NCBI GenBank assembly: GCA_964644695.1
Contig: CAZXWN010000001.1
Span: 368,869-432,868, forward strand
DNA: 64,000 bases
Source: an uncultured bacterium
GTDB taxonomy: Bacteria > UBP4 > UBA4092
Direction of reading: 5' to 3'
Below the pieces are notes generated by a model. It was given only the letters and a program-made list of their open reading frames with translations, did no database searches and was not told where the DNA came from. Below, one piece after another: positions 11,267 to 20,848 of this stretch (positions are counted from its first letter, which is position 1; each line of letters opens with the position of its first letter). Position numbers and translations under genes: made by a program.

Positions 11267-11856
11267 CTCATACTGATAAGTGCCATTATCCCGCGTCGAA
11301 TCATCATAACTGCGATTGCTGCCAATAACAAACTGATTATCTTAGAGATTGCTTTTGCGCCACTTTTGCCCAGTACTTTATCAAGCCACTCGGATCGCCA
11401 AAAGATGAGCGCTAATAAGAATAGGTTCAAAAACATGGCCGATAAGGCAATACCTAATCCGTGAACATCAACTTGAATTATTACACTTGTTAATACAGCA
11501 GGACCAACAATTAACGGAACGCCTATGGGTACAATTCCCGCTGTTTCAGAGGATACCTGTGATTCGTCGCCTCTTTGTGCCCATAACAAATCCATAATAG
11601 CTAAAACAAGAAGTACTAACCCTCCTGCAATTTGAAAATCACCTACCGTTATGCCCAATACTGAGAATATTGCTTTCCCAACTAAAATGAAGATAAGGGC
11701 GACCAAAGATGCGGTTATTAGTGATTGTAATAAAATATTACGCCGATGTTGTTTATCAAGATTATGAGTTAAACCCATATATACGGGAATCAATCCAATA
11801 GCATCAACCGCAACAAACAGGGCAATAAAGGCTTCACAAAAACCATTCCAATTCAT
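11263..11856 (-). CDS. MarC-family membrane protein
   Basis: FQIAGGLVL, IVPIGVPLIVGPA. Confidence 0.88.
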   Translation of the reverse strand: MNWNGFCEAFIALFVAVDAIGLIPVYMGLTHNLDKQHRRNILLQSLITASLVALIFILVGKAIFSVLGITVGDFQIAGGLVLLVLAIMDLLWAQRGDESQVSSETAGIVPIGVPLIVGPAVLTSVIIQVDVHGLGIALSAMFLNLFLLALIFWRSEWLDKVLGKSGAKAISKIISLLLAAIAVMMIRRGIMALISMS

Positions 11857-13175
11857 GATTTAGAATCCTCAGTCTGTTTACTCTTCCAAAATTCCAAACG
11901 TTTCATGATTTCTTTCTCATAACCCTGTCCATCAGGATTGTACCATTTCATTTCCTTAATATCTTCAGGCAGGTACTCTTGATAAACGTAATGGTCTGGA
12001 TAATCATGGGCATATTTGTAACCAGTGCCATAATCCAGGTTTTTCATTAATTGCGTTGGTGCATTTCGTATGTGTTTGGGCACAGGGAAATCACGTGTAT
12101 TCTTAATGAAATCCATTACATCATTGTATGCTTTATATATTGCATTCGATTTTGGAGAACAGGCTAAGTATATCACGGCCTGTGCTAAAGCGAGTTCTCC
12201 TTCCGGATGTCCCAACCGTTCATAGGCTTCGCAGGCAGCAATTGTAACAGCTAATGCATTGGGTGCCGCATTTCCAATATCTTCGGAAGCAAAGCGTACA
12301 AGACGTCGCCCAATATAAAGAGGGTCTTCTCCACCTTGAATCATGCGGGCAAACCAATAGAGAGCTGCATCAGGATCACTCCCACGCATGCTTTTGTGAA
12401 GCGCTGAGATTATATTGTAATGCTCTTCACCGGACTTATCATAATTTGTAGTTTTCCGTTGCAAAGCTTGTTCTGCATGTTCACGAGTAATGAGATAAGG
12501 ACCTGAATGGATTGTCGTAGTGGCTGCCAAATTAGCGGCCAGCTCAAGAGTATTTAATGCTGAACGAGCATCTCCTCCACAAAGTGTCGATATATAATCT
12601 TCAGCTTCTGCACTTAATACAACTTGCAGGTCAGCCAAACCTCGTTCACTATTGGAAATTGCATTATGCAGAATCGTTCGTATTTCTTCTTCGGATAAGG
12701 GATTCAGGGTATAAATCTGACACCGAGATAATAAAGCGGAGTTTAACTCAAAAGAAGGATTCTCTGTTGTCGCTCCGATGAAGATAATAGTGCCTTTTTC
12801 GATATAGGGGAGAAACGCATCCTGTTGAGACTTATTAAAACGGTGTATTTCATCAACAAATAGAACGGTTTTACGTCGAAAAAGACTTAACTGATCTTCT
12901 GCTGATTTCATGACTTCTTTTACTTCTTTGATACCAGAAGTGACAGCCGAAAACTCAACAAAATTACACTTAGAAAGATTTGCCGCTACTTGCGCAATAG
13001 TGGTCTTTCCAGTACCAGGAGGACCCCACAAGATAAAGGACTGGAGACAATCATTTTCAACCGCTTTACGAAGAACTTTCCCAATACCAACTAAATGCTG
13101 TTGACCAACAATTTCATCCATATTAACCGGACGAAGACGGTCTGCCAGTGGCTTGTATTCATTTTTCTCAATCAT
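11853..13175 (-). CDS. rarA: Replication-associated recombination protein A (AAA+)
   Basis: PLADRLRP, WGPPGTGKT, DEIHRFNKSQQD, SALHKSMRGSD. Confidence 0.95.
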   Translation of the reverse strand: MIEKNEYKPLADRLRPVNMDEIVGQQHLVGIGKVLRKAVENDCLQSFILWGPPGTGKTTIAQVAANLSKCNFVEFSAVTSGIKEVKEVMKSAEDQLSLFRRKTVLFVDEIHRFNKSQQDAFLPYIEKGTIIFIGATTENPSFELNSALLSRCQIYTLNPLSEEEIRTILHNAISNSERGLADLQVVLSAEAEDYISTLCGGDARSALNTLELAANLAATTTIHSGPYLITREHAEQALQRKTTNYDKSGEEHYNIISALHKSMRGSDPDAALYWFARMIQGGEDPLYIGRRLVRFASEDIGNAAPNALAVTIAACEAYERLGHPEGELALAQAVIYLACSPKSNAIYKAYNDVMDFIKNTRDFPVPKHIRNAPTQLMKNLDYGTGYKYAHDYPDHYVYQEYLPEDIKEMKWYNPDGQGYEKEIMKRLEFWKSKQTEDSKS

Positions 13176-13182
13176 TTTATTG

Positions 13183-13641
13183 TTAGCCGGTCCAATATAT
13201 GTTCCGGTCTTTTCCAGATTTTTCATGAGTCATGACTTGATTATAATCAGGTCGTTCATTATTCTGCAGGGGCACATTCATCAATAGTTTCTCAATTTGC
13301 TCCAGTATGAAGTCAGGATCCGATGGTTTAGGAATATATGCAGAAGCTCCCTTTTTCAGTCCATAAGCCTGGTCAACCGCAGATGTTTTTGCAGAATAAA
13401 ATATCACCGGAGTATTCTTTAATTCTGAAACCTGATTCATCTGCTCAATAAACTGATATCCAGACATCCGAGGCATAGTAATATCCAAGATTACAAGATC
13501 GGGTAAATAACTGATAGCCTTTTGATACCCAATTATTCCATCCTGAGCCAGGATGATTTCATAACGATCTTGTAAAAGAACAGACAGCATTCTCAATATT
13601 TCGGAAGAATCGTCAACAATCAAAATACGATAGCGGTCCAT
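13183..13641 (-). CDS. Stand-alone response regulator receiver protein
   Basis: ILIVDD, LDITMP, YIPKP; no output domain. Confidence 0.88.
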   Translation of the reverse strand: MDRYRILIVDDSSEILRMLSVLLQDRYEIILAQDGIIGYQKAISYLPDLVILDITMPRMSGYQFIEQMNQVSELKNTPVIFYSAKTSAVDQAYGLKKGASAYIPKPSDPDFILEQIEKLLMNVPLQNNERPDYNQVMTHEKSGKDRNIYWTG

Positions 13642-13695
13642 TTTTCTTTCCCTCCTATAAATATAAGAAACAGGAAAGATTAGACGTTCTGTTCC

Positions 13696-14976
13696 TTATA
13701 CTTTTAGTTCTATTTTTTCTAATCCGCCTAGATAAGGACGTAAGGCCTTGGGAATGTTAATACTTCTATCTTCATTCTGATGGTTTTCCATGATTGCGGC
13801 CCAAGTCCGGCCAATAGCCACTCCAGAACCATTTAACGTGTGAACAAATTCAGGTTTAGCACCGGATTCACGACGGAAACGGATGTTGGCTCTTCGGGCT
13901 TGGAAGTCACCCACATTGCTACAGGAAGATATTTCACGATATGTATTTTGGCTTGGCATCCAGACTTCTAAATCATACGTTTTCGTAGCTGAAAAACCCA
14001 TATCCCCAGTACAAAGAGCAACAACTCGATACGGCAGTTCAAGAAGTTGAAGAATTTTTTCGGCACATGCTGTTAACTTTTCCAGTTCATCATATGATGA
14101 CTCAGGCGTTGTAAATTTGACCATTTCAACTTTATTAAACTGGTGATTACGAATCAAACCTCTTGTATCTTTACCCGCCGCACCGGCTTCTCTACGAAAA
14201 CAAGGGGTAAAAGCTGTGTAATATAAAGGGAGTTGGCTCATGTCCAGAATTTCGTCGCGGTGAATATTTACCAATGAAATTTCCGAGGTCGAGATTAGAT
14301 AGTAGGGGTCATCAGCACACCGGAACATCTCCGATTCAAATTTTGGTAATTGCCCTGTTCCAATAAGTGAATCGCGATTAGCAAGGATGGGGGGCATCAT
14401 TTCCTTAAATCCATGTTCACTGGTGTGAGTATCCAGCATAAAGCTGATCAGGGCTCGTTCAAGTTTCGCACCAAGGCCTTTTAAGAGAGCAAACCGGGCG
14501 CCTGCGATTTTACTGGCCCTTTCGAAATCAAGAATATCGTGCACTTCTCCCAAGTCATAATGAGCCAGGGGTTCATAAGAAAAGACTTTGGGTGTACCCC
14601 ATTTCCGGACTTCCTTATTTTCTGTCTCATCTTTACCTAATGGTGTACTTTCATGAGGAATATTCGGGATGGTCAACAGGATTTCTTCAATTTTAGTTTC
14701 TATATTCTTGAGATCTTCATCTAAGCTCTTAATTTTTTCACCGACTTCTCGCATTGCTTTGATTTTATCGTCGGCATTTTCTTTTTTCTTCTTAAGCTGT
14801 GAAATTTCCTCAGAAACACGATTTCTTTCAGCCTTAAACTTCTCAACTTCAAAAATGATAGAACGCCGTTGCTGATCTAATTCCAGAAGCGAATCAATAT
14901 TTGTAGTCTGATTACGTTTAGCCAATCCTTGGCGAATTAATTCAGGATTATCACGAATAAGTTTAATATCCAACAT
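13696..14976 (-). CDS. serS: Serine--tRNA ligase
   Basis: [39 protein letters not shown]. Confidence 0.98.
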   Translation of the reverse strand: MLDIKLIRDNPELIRQGLAKRNQTTNIDSLLELDQQRRSIIFEVEKFKAERNRVSEEISQLKKKKENADDKIKAMREVGEKIKSLDEDLKNIETKIEEILLTIPNIPHESTPLGKDETENKEVRKWGTPKVFSYEPLAHYDLGEVHDILDFERASKIAGARFALLKGLGAKLERALISFMLDTHTSEHGFKEMMPPILANRDSLIGTGQLPKFESEMFRCADDPYYLISTSEISLVNIHRDEILDMSQLPLYYTAFTPCFRREAGAAGKDTRGLIRNHQFNKVEMVKFTTPESSYDELEKLTACAEKILQLLELPYRVVALCTGDMGFSATKTYDLEVWMPSQNTYREISSCSNVGDFQARRANIRFRRESGAKPEFVHTLNGSGVAIGRTWAAIMENHQNEDRSINIPKALRPYLGGLEKIELKV

Positions 14977-15050
14977 AGAAAGTATTCCTTTGTAAATAAA
15001 TCATAACTTGTTTTAATTCAGTTTTCTAAGAAGAAAAGTGTATGTTGCTA

Positions 15051-15080
15051 ATTATAGTCAATTCTGATAATCTCGTCCAA
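15051..15080 (-). promoter_or_regulatory. Sigma70-type promoter for serS
   Basis: Minus strand TTGGAC-18bp-TATAAT. Confidence 0.5.
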
Positions 15081-15103
15081 TTAATCCATAATAGAATCGA
15101 ATA

Positions 15104-15135
15104 ACCATCGAACGAGATCGATCTTGTTCGATGGT
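15104..15135. repeat. REP-like palindrome, copy 1
   Basis: accatcgaacgagat-cg-atcttgttcgatggt, 6 bp past the rtcB stop. Confidence 0.85.
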
Positions 15136-15141
15136 GACTGG

Positions 15142-16596
15142 TTAACCTTTAATCACTCCAACCGGTCTTAATCTAGCGACTCTGCTGCTTATTCCAGCCT
15201 GTTCACATACATCAACAACCTGTGAAACATCTTTGTATGCCTCAGAAGCCTCTTCAGCGAGAGTATGTCTTCCTCGACTTAAGACCAAAATTCCCTGGTC
15301 TTCCATTTCTTTCGCAATAGATCTCCCCTGGGTAGCCTTAATGGCTTTACTTCGGCTCATCTGTCTTCCAGCGCCATGACAGGTGGAACCAAAGGTTTGT
15401 GTCATGGAACCAGGTAATCCCACTAAAACATACGAGCATCTCCCCATATCGCCAGGAATAAGAACAGGTTGGCCTACTGACTTGTATCTGGGAGGCAATT
15501 GCTCATGCCCGGCAGGAAATGCTCTTGTAGATCCTTTTCGATGAACACAAAGTTTTTGGGATTTATTACCAATCATGTGAGTTTCTATCTTCGCGATATT
15601 ATGACAAACATCATAAACAAGGTCCATTTGTAAGTCATTGGGGCCTTTATGAAAGAGTTTCGAAAAAACATCACGGACTTGGTGTGTCATACATTGTCGA
15701 TTTGCCATGGCAAAATTTGCTGATGCAGACATGGCCTTAATGTATTCTTTTCCTTCTTCAGAAGAAAGAGGTGCACAGGCTAACTGACTATCGGGAAGAT
15801 TAATTCCATATCGTTCTGAAACTTTCTTCATAATTCTGAGGGAAGCCTCACAGACTTGATAACCCAGCGCTCTTGAACCAGAATGAAGCATGACTACAAC
15901 CTGGTTTTCAAAAAGACCAAATATCTGGGCAATCTTTGGATCATAGATTTTGTCTACAATCTGTATCTCCAGAAAGTGATTGCCAGATCCTAATGTTCCC
16001 AGCTGTTTTTTTCCTGCGGCTTTTGCATTATTATCTACGCAGCTGGCATCAGCAGATTCCATACAACCATTTTCTTCATGATAATCTAAATCTTCCTGAG
16101 TACCCATTCCATTATCAATTGCCCATTTACTGCCTTTATTTAAAACAGAATCCATTTCCTTATCTGATAAATGAATGGAACCACCCGCTCCTATACCACA
16201 AGGAATTGATTGATAAAGAGCGTGTAATAAATCACTCATTATGGGAAGGACTTCATCTTTTTCTAAAGAGGAACGAATGAGCCGCACACCGCAGGCAATA
16301 TCATATCCAACCCCACCAGGAGAGATAACCCCTTTATCCATGTCCATAGCCGCTACACCACCAATGGGAAAGCCATAACCCCAGTGGATATCAGGCATAG
16401 CTAATGAGTATTCAACAATCCCAGGAAGACAGGCTACGTTCGCGACTTGCAAGTGAGCTTGATCTGTTTCTCCTGAGGGTAAGAGATCTTCATGTGCATA
16501 AATGATTCCAGGAACTAACATCCCCGAATCTGATGATGGCTCTATTTTCCATCGACAGGAATCTATACGTTTAAGCGTAACTGCAGATTTTTTCAT
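15142..16596 (-). CDS. rtcB: RNA ligase RtcB
   Basis: MPDIHWGYGFPIGGV, GYDIACG, GSGNHFLE, HSGSR, HRKG, HGAGR, AYKD. Confidence 0.95.
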   Translation of the reverse strand: MKKSAVTLKRIDSCRWKIEPSSDSGMLVPGIIYAHEDLLPSGETDQAHLQVANVACLPGIVEYSLAMPDIHWGYGFPIGGVAAMDMDKGVISPGGVGYDIACGVRLIRSSLEKDEVLPIMSDLLHALYQSIPCGIGAGGSIHLSDKEMDSVLNKGSKWAIDNGMGTQEDLDYHEENGCMESADASCVDNNAKAAGKKQLGTLGSGNHFLEIQIVDKIYDPKIAQIFGLFENQVVVMLHSGSRALGYQVCEASLRIMKKVSERYGINLPDSQLACAPLSSEEGKEYIKAMSASANFAMANRQCMTHQVRDVFSKLFHKGPNDLQMDLVYDVCHNIAKIETHMIGNKSQKLCVHRKGSTRAFPAGHEQLPPRYKSVGQPVLIPGDMGRCSYVLVGLPGSMTQTFGSTCHGAGRQMSRSKAIKATQGRSIAKEMEDQGILVLSRGRHTLAEEASEAYKDVSQVVDVCEQAGISSRVARLRPVGVIKG

Positions 16597-16612
16597 ATTG
16601 AATATACCCCTG

Positions 16613-17668
16613 CTATTTTTTATTGTTATTTATCAATTTATTTATAGCCCAAACAGCCGTTTCATGCACTACAGGATTCTCATTATTCTCCATTATTTCT
16701 TTCATAATTTCCAAATATCTCATATCTTTTTGATTAGCTATGACAATCAGAAGATTCCTTATAATTCCATCCCGCTTCGCACGAACAATAGGCGAAGTTT
16801 TATATGCTTTTTTAAAGGATTGATTATCAGGGTAAGTTGAATAATCCTCAATTTCCATCGAAGATCCAACGCCTTTATCAGCCATGAAATCCGAGCATTT
16901 TAAGGGTTTTGACCACTTCTGATTAAATGGACATATATCCTGACAAACATCACAACCAAAGGCCCATTGCCCAATTTTTTCTCGTAAACCAATTGGAATG
17001 GAATCTTTTAATTCAATTGTTAAATAAGAGATACAGCGGTTTGCATCTAACACATAGGGTTCTGGAAAAGCACTTGTTGGACAGGCATCAAGACAAAGCT
17101 TGCAATGACCGCAAGATATTGGGAGTGTGTTTTTAATGCAGTCAAGTTTTAAGGTCGTATATATTTCAGCCAGAAAGACCCAAGAACCATATTCACGAGT
17201 AATCAAATTTGTATTTTTACCAATAAAACCAAGCCCCGCATTAACGGCAAGCGCTTTCTCCATGGGAATACCCGCATCAACACAACTTCGTGTTTGAATG
17301 GTTTCATTTACAGGTAATGATTGTATGTATAGTTCCAATTCCGTTAATTTATTTTTTAAGACAAGATGGTAATCTTTACCCCAGGCGTATTTTGAAACTT
17401 TTCCCGTTCCCAATTCTTCACTATTTTGATTAGATTGATAATAATTAACAGCTAAACTAATTATTGTTTGGGACCCTTTTAAGAAACTCTCTGGATTGGT
17501 GCGCGCCTCAGGGTCCCGAGTTAGGTATTCCATCTTCCCTGCATATCCATTTGAAATCCATTTCATCAGTTTTTGCTTTTCGTCAGCAAGAGTATCCGCA
17601 TGAGAAAAACCAACCAAATCAAAGCCAAGGGCTTTTGCTTTATTCTGTATGGAATCAGTCAGATTCAT
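16613..17668 (-). CDS. queG: Epoxyqueuosine reductase
   Basis: YAWGKDYH, GLGFIGKN, CGHCKLCLDACP, RCISYLTIE, GCDVCQDICP. Confidence 0.92.
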   Translation of the reverse strand: MNLTDSIQNKAKALGFDLVGFSHADTLADEKQKLMKWISNGYAGKMEYLTRDPEARTNPESFLKGSQTIISLAVNYYQSNQNSEELGTGKVSKYAWGKDYHLVLKNKLTELELYIQSLPVNETIQTRSCVDAGIPMEKALAVNAGLGFIGKNTNLITREYGSWVFLAEIYTTLKLDCIKNTLPISCGHCKLCLDACPTSAFPEPYVLDANRCISYLTIELKDSIPIGLREKIGQWAFGCDVCQDICPFNQKWSKPLKCSDFMADKGVGSSMEIEDYSTYPDNQSFKKAYKTSPIVRAKRDGIIRNLLIVIANQKDMRYLEIMKEIMENNENPVVHETAVWAINKLINNNKK

Positions 17669-17669
17669 T

Positions 17670-18860
17670 TTAACTTTCACTGAGACGATGGATGGCTTCT
17701 TTAGCCAATAGGTGATGCGCTTCTTTGAGTAACCCTGGGATTTCTTCTGCAAATGGACTATTTTGTAATACTGATTTCACATCATACGCATCAACCTTGG
17801 CAGCATTTTGCCCTGGAAACCAGTGCCCCCCATTTCCAAAAAGGTTGTATCTCATTTGTCCATATTCAACCATTCCATAAGCTTTTGCTAATTTATACAA
17901 ATGGAGAATTACTGGAATGTTGATTTGCCCAGGGGTATCTTTCCAAGAAGGTAATCCAATCTCATAATTTTCAACAAACTCATTTCCAAACACACCAATC
18001 ATTTTCTTATTCATTCTTTCATGGATTGGAGCAACAATTTCCTGAGCTCTGTCCAGTAACTTTATTGCCTCCAGGTGTAAATCGAAATCTGTTGGTTTAT
18101 TTGCTCCGATACTGATTGTATGTACTTCCGGATGCATTAAGCAGAATAAATCATTAAACACTATGGGATGCCAGGGAAAAGTTAAATCAAGGAGTGTAAG
18201 GGATGGTTTATACAAGAGACCTCCCTTGTCAGAGGGAGATATTATAAAAACGCCCATATCATTTTTATTTGCTTCCTGAATTGCGGGCCAGTTTTTTTGA
18301 TTAATATAATACCAGTGTAAATTTACATAATCGAATCCATCATTTTCAGAGTGAGATATTGCGGACAAGATTATATCCAGAGGACCATGTGTTGAAAATC
18401 CCACATGACGAACGAATCCCTCTTTGACTAAATTTCGCGCAGCCTGTAAGCAGCCATTTTTTTGGATGGACCATTCGAGAGTTTCTTCGTTATTAATACC
18501 ATGTAGCGCCAGAAGATCAACATATTCAAGATTCAAACGATTCCGCGAATTATGGAACAAACGGACAAATTCTTCTGGATTAGAATTTGGTGCAATCTTT
18601 GTCTGGATAATAAGTTCTTGTCGTGGGATAGTGGGTAATATCTGGCCTAATTGACGTTCACTTGATCCATATCCACGGGCTGTTTCAATATGATTAATCC
18701 CTGAGGTTAAGGCAGCTTTTATTGTGTTTTCTAAATTTACCTGGTTATCGAGAGGAATTTCATTTAGAGGAGTATCTTGCCATTTATATTGATACCGCAT
18801 TCCACCACAGGACAGAACTGGCATCTTTATTTCAGTTCTTCCAAACCTTCGATATAGCAT
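17670..18860 (-). CDS. Aldo/keto reductase family protein
   Basis: YRRFGRTE, GINHIETARGYGSSE, HVGFSTHG. Confidence 0.88.
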   Translation of the reverse strand: MLYRRFGRTEIKMPVLSCGGMRYQYKWQDTPLNEIPLDNQVNLENTIKAALTSGINHIETARGYGSSERQLGQILPTIPRQELIIQTKIAPNSNPEEFVRLFHNSRNRLNLEYVDLLALHGINNEETLEWSIQKNGCLQAARNLVKEGFVRHVGFSTHGPLDIILSAISHSENDGFDYVNLHWYYINQKNWPAIQEANKNDMGVFIISPSDKGGLLYKPSLTLLDLTFPWHPIVFNDLFCLMHPEVHTISIGANKPTDFDLHLEAIKLLDRAQEIVAPIHERMNKKMIGVFGNEFVENYEIGLPSWKDTPGQINIPVILHLYKLAKAYGMVEYGQMRYNLFGNGGHWFPGQNAAKVDAYDVKSVLQNSPFAEEIPGLLKEAHHLLAKEAIHRLSES

Positions 18861-18997
18861 ACACAGCCTCCAGTTGAGGAACTCATCAACCTAATAATTC
18901 CAATTATATCATTGCGTTAACTCATTACTATTACTGGTATTTTAATATGCACTTGTGTACAATACTTGTCATATAAATAAAGAGTCTGGAGTGCATA

Positions 18998-20758
18998 ATG
19001 CAATGTATTCGATATATTCTTTCTATCATTTTGTTTTATATCTCTATCACGATGGCAATGACGATGGATCTTCCTTTGGGAATTGTGGAGGGATTTTATG
19101 ACGTCCCATGGTCTCATCAAAATCGTCAATCCATTTTAAAGTTTATGGGTGAAAATGGGATGAACTTTTATGTTTATGCTCCAAAAGATGACCCCTACCA
19201 TCGCAGTAAATGGCGAGAAGCCTATCCTGACGAAGATATGAAACGTATTAAAGAACTTATTTCTACTGCAAAGAAAAATCATGTTCATTTTTGTTTTGCA
19301 ATCAGTCCGGGTCTTGATATCAAATACTCAGATTCAGATGACTTTTCCATTTTATTAAATAAACTCAAAACAATGAATGATTTAGGTGTGCATGATTTTG
19401 CCTTATTTTTAGATGATGTAAGTGACCAATTACAATATCCAGAAGATAAGGCCGTCTTTTCTTCCTATGGGGAGGCACATGTAGTTTTAACCAATAAACT
19501 CTATGAAGTTTTAAAAAAGTGGAATCCTCAAAATACACTTATATTTTGTCCGACCGAATATTATAAAATCACCCGCACTCCTTACTTAGATACCATTGGC
19601 AAGGGAATTAATAAGGATGTTCCCATCATTTGGACTGGGAATGGAGTCACAACCCCCACCTTATATGTTGATGATCTCCTTAAAATCAGGTCCATTCTTA
19701 AGAGAAAACCTTTCTTCTGGGAAAACTATCCAGTGAATGATTACAACCGAAATCAATTATATATGGGACCGATACTACAACGAACGCCCGTCTTGGCGAA
19801 ACATTTATCGGGCTATATAGCTAATCCCATGAACGAAGCAGAACTTTCAAAAATCCCTTTATATACCATAGCTGAATATTTCAAGGATCCAATTCAATAT
19901 GCCCCTGAGAAAGCTTGGCGTGAGGGAATCATGAGGGTTTCAGGAAGTAAAGCATATCTATACATAACTAATTTAGCAGACAATGCAAGAGCCAGTTTCC
20001 TCACATCTGATAACTCCTTGGAAATGGGTGTTCTTGTGGCAGACTTTCTAGAGAATCCATCAAGAGAAAATAAACATAATCTGGTTGAAAAATTAAAAGA
20101 ATATCGGGATATGCCAGAGTTGTTAAAAGCAAATCTGAAAAACAAACAGATGTTGAATGAAATGACACCTTATTTGTCTAAATTATCTCTTTATGGCGAA
20201 ACGGGTTTATTAGCAGTACAAATATATACAATGGATACAATTTCTAACAATACGGCGGAGTGGATCCAATTCAAATCTCTGAATAAGTTGTTGAAAACAA
20301 ATCCAAAATCAATTGGTGATATGGTTTTTGGCAAATTAATCCAAGCTGCGTACGGGAAAGGTTATTCACTTTTGGGAATTAATATACCTTCCATATCAGC
20401 TTCGGTTTCTTCTTTTGAGGGTAATGTTATTGAAATGGCTGTTGATTCGGATAAGGAATCTTTCTACTGGTCTAATAAACCCTTTGGAATTGATGATAGT
20501 ATCATTGTTGATTATGGAAAAACAACAACTGCACATAAGGTGTTGATTTTCCAGGGGAAAGTAGATAGACCTGACGATTTACTTATCAATGGAGTTTGTG
20601 AACTTTCATTAGATGGAAGCAATTGGTTTGGTGCGGCTCAATTTAGTGCCAGTGATTCAGATATTTCAATTAATGCTCCTTTCCGTTATCTTAGAATTAG
20701 ACCTTCGATGGCAGGCAACAAATGGCTAATTATTCGTGAAATTGAATTGATTCATTAA
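18998..20758 (+). CDS. Secreted GH84 beta-N-acetylglucosaminidase (O-GlcNAcase/NagJ-like) with C-terminal F5/8-like domain
   Basis: Signal peptide; GIVEGFY, YAPKDDPYHR, LFLDDV catalytic DD, CPTEY, NYPVNDY, NPMNE. Confidence 0.9.
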   Translation: MQCIRYILSIILFYISITMAMTMDLPLGIVEGFYDVPWSHQNRQSILKFMGENGMNFYVYAPKDDPYHRSKWREAYPDEDMKRIKELISTAKKNHVHFCFAISPGLDIKYSDSDDFSILLNKLKTMNDLGVHDFALFLDDVSDQLQYPEDKAVFSSYGEAHVVLTNKLYEVLKKWNPQNTLIFCPTEYYKITRTPYLDTIGKGINKDVPIIWTGNGVTTPTLYVDDLLKIRSILKRKPFFWENYPVNDYNRNQLYMGPILQRTPVLAKHLSGYIANPMNEAELSKIPLYTIAEYFKDPIQYAPEKAWREGIMRVSGSKAYLYITNLADNARASFLTSDNSLEMGVLVADFLENPSRENKHNLVEKLKEYRDMPELLKANLKNKQMLNEMTPYLSKLSLYGETGLLAVQIYTMDTISNNTAEWIQFKSLNKLLKTNPKSIGDMVFGKLIQAAYGKGYSLLGINIPSISASVSSFEGNVIEMAVDSDKESFYWSNKPFGIDDSIIVDYGKTTTAHKVLIFQGKVDRPDDLLINGVCELSLDGSNWFGAAQFSASDSDISINAPFRYLRIRPSMAGNKWLIIREIELIH

Positions 20759-20776
20759 TTTGAAATTAACCAAACA

Positions 20777-20815
20777 ATAAAAAAACATTCTGATATATCC
20801 AGAATGTTTTTTTAT
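20777..20815. terminator. Intrinsic terminator, potentially bidirectional
   Basis: ataaaaaaacattctg-atatatc-cagaatgtttttttat. Confidence 0.75.
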
Positions 20816-20848
20816 GCTTTAATCAATAATCATAAAGAGGTATAAAAA

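Noticed and set aside
14977-15141. T-box leader upstream of serS
   Set aside because: No T-box consensus or antiterminator; leader too short after the predicted promoter.
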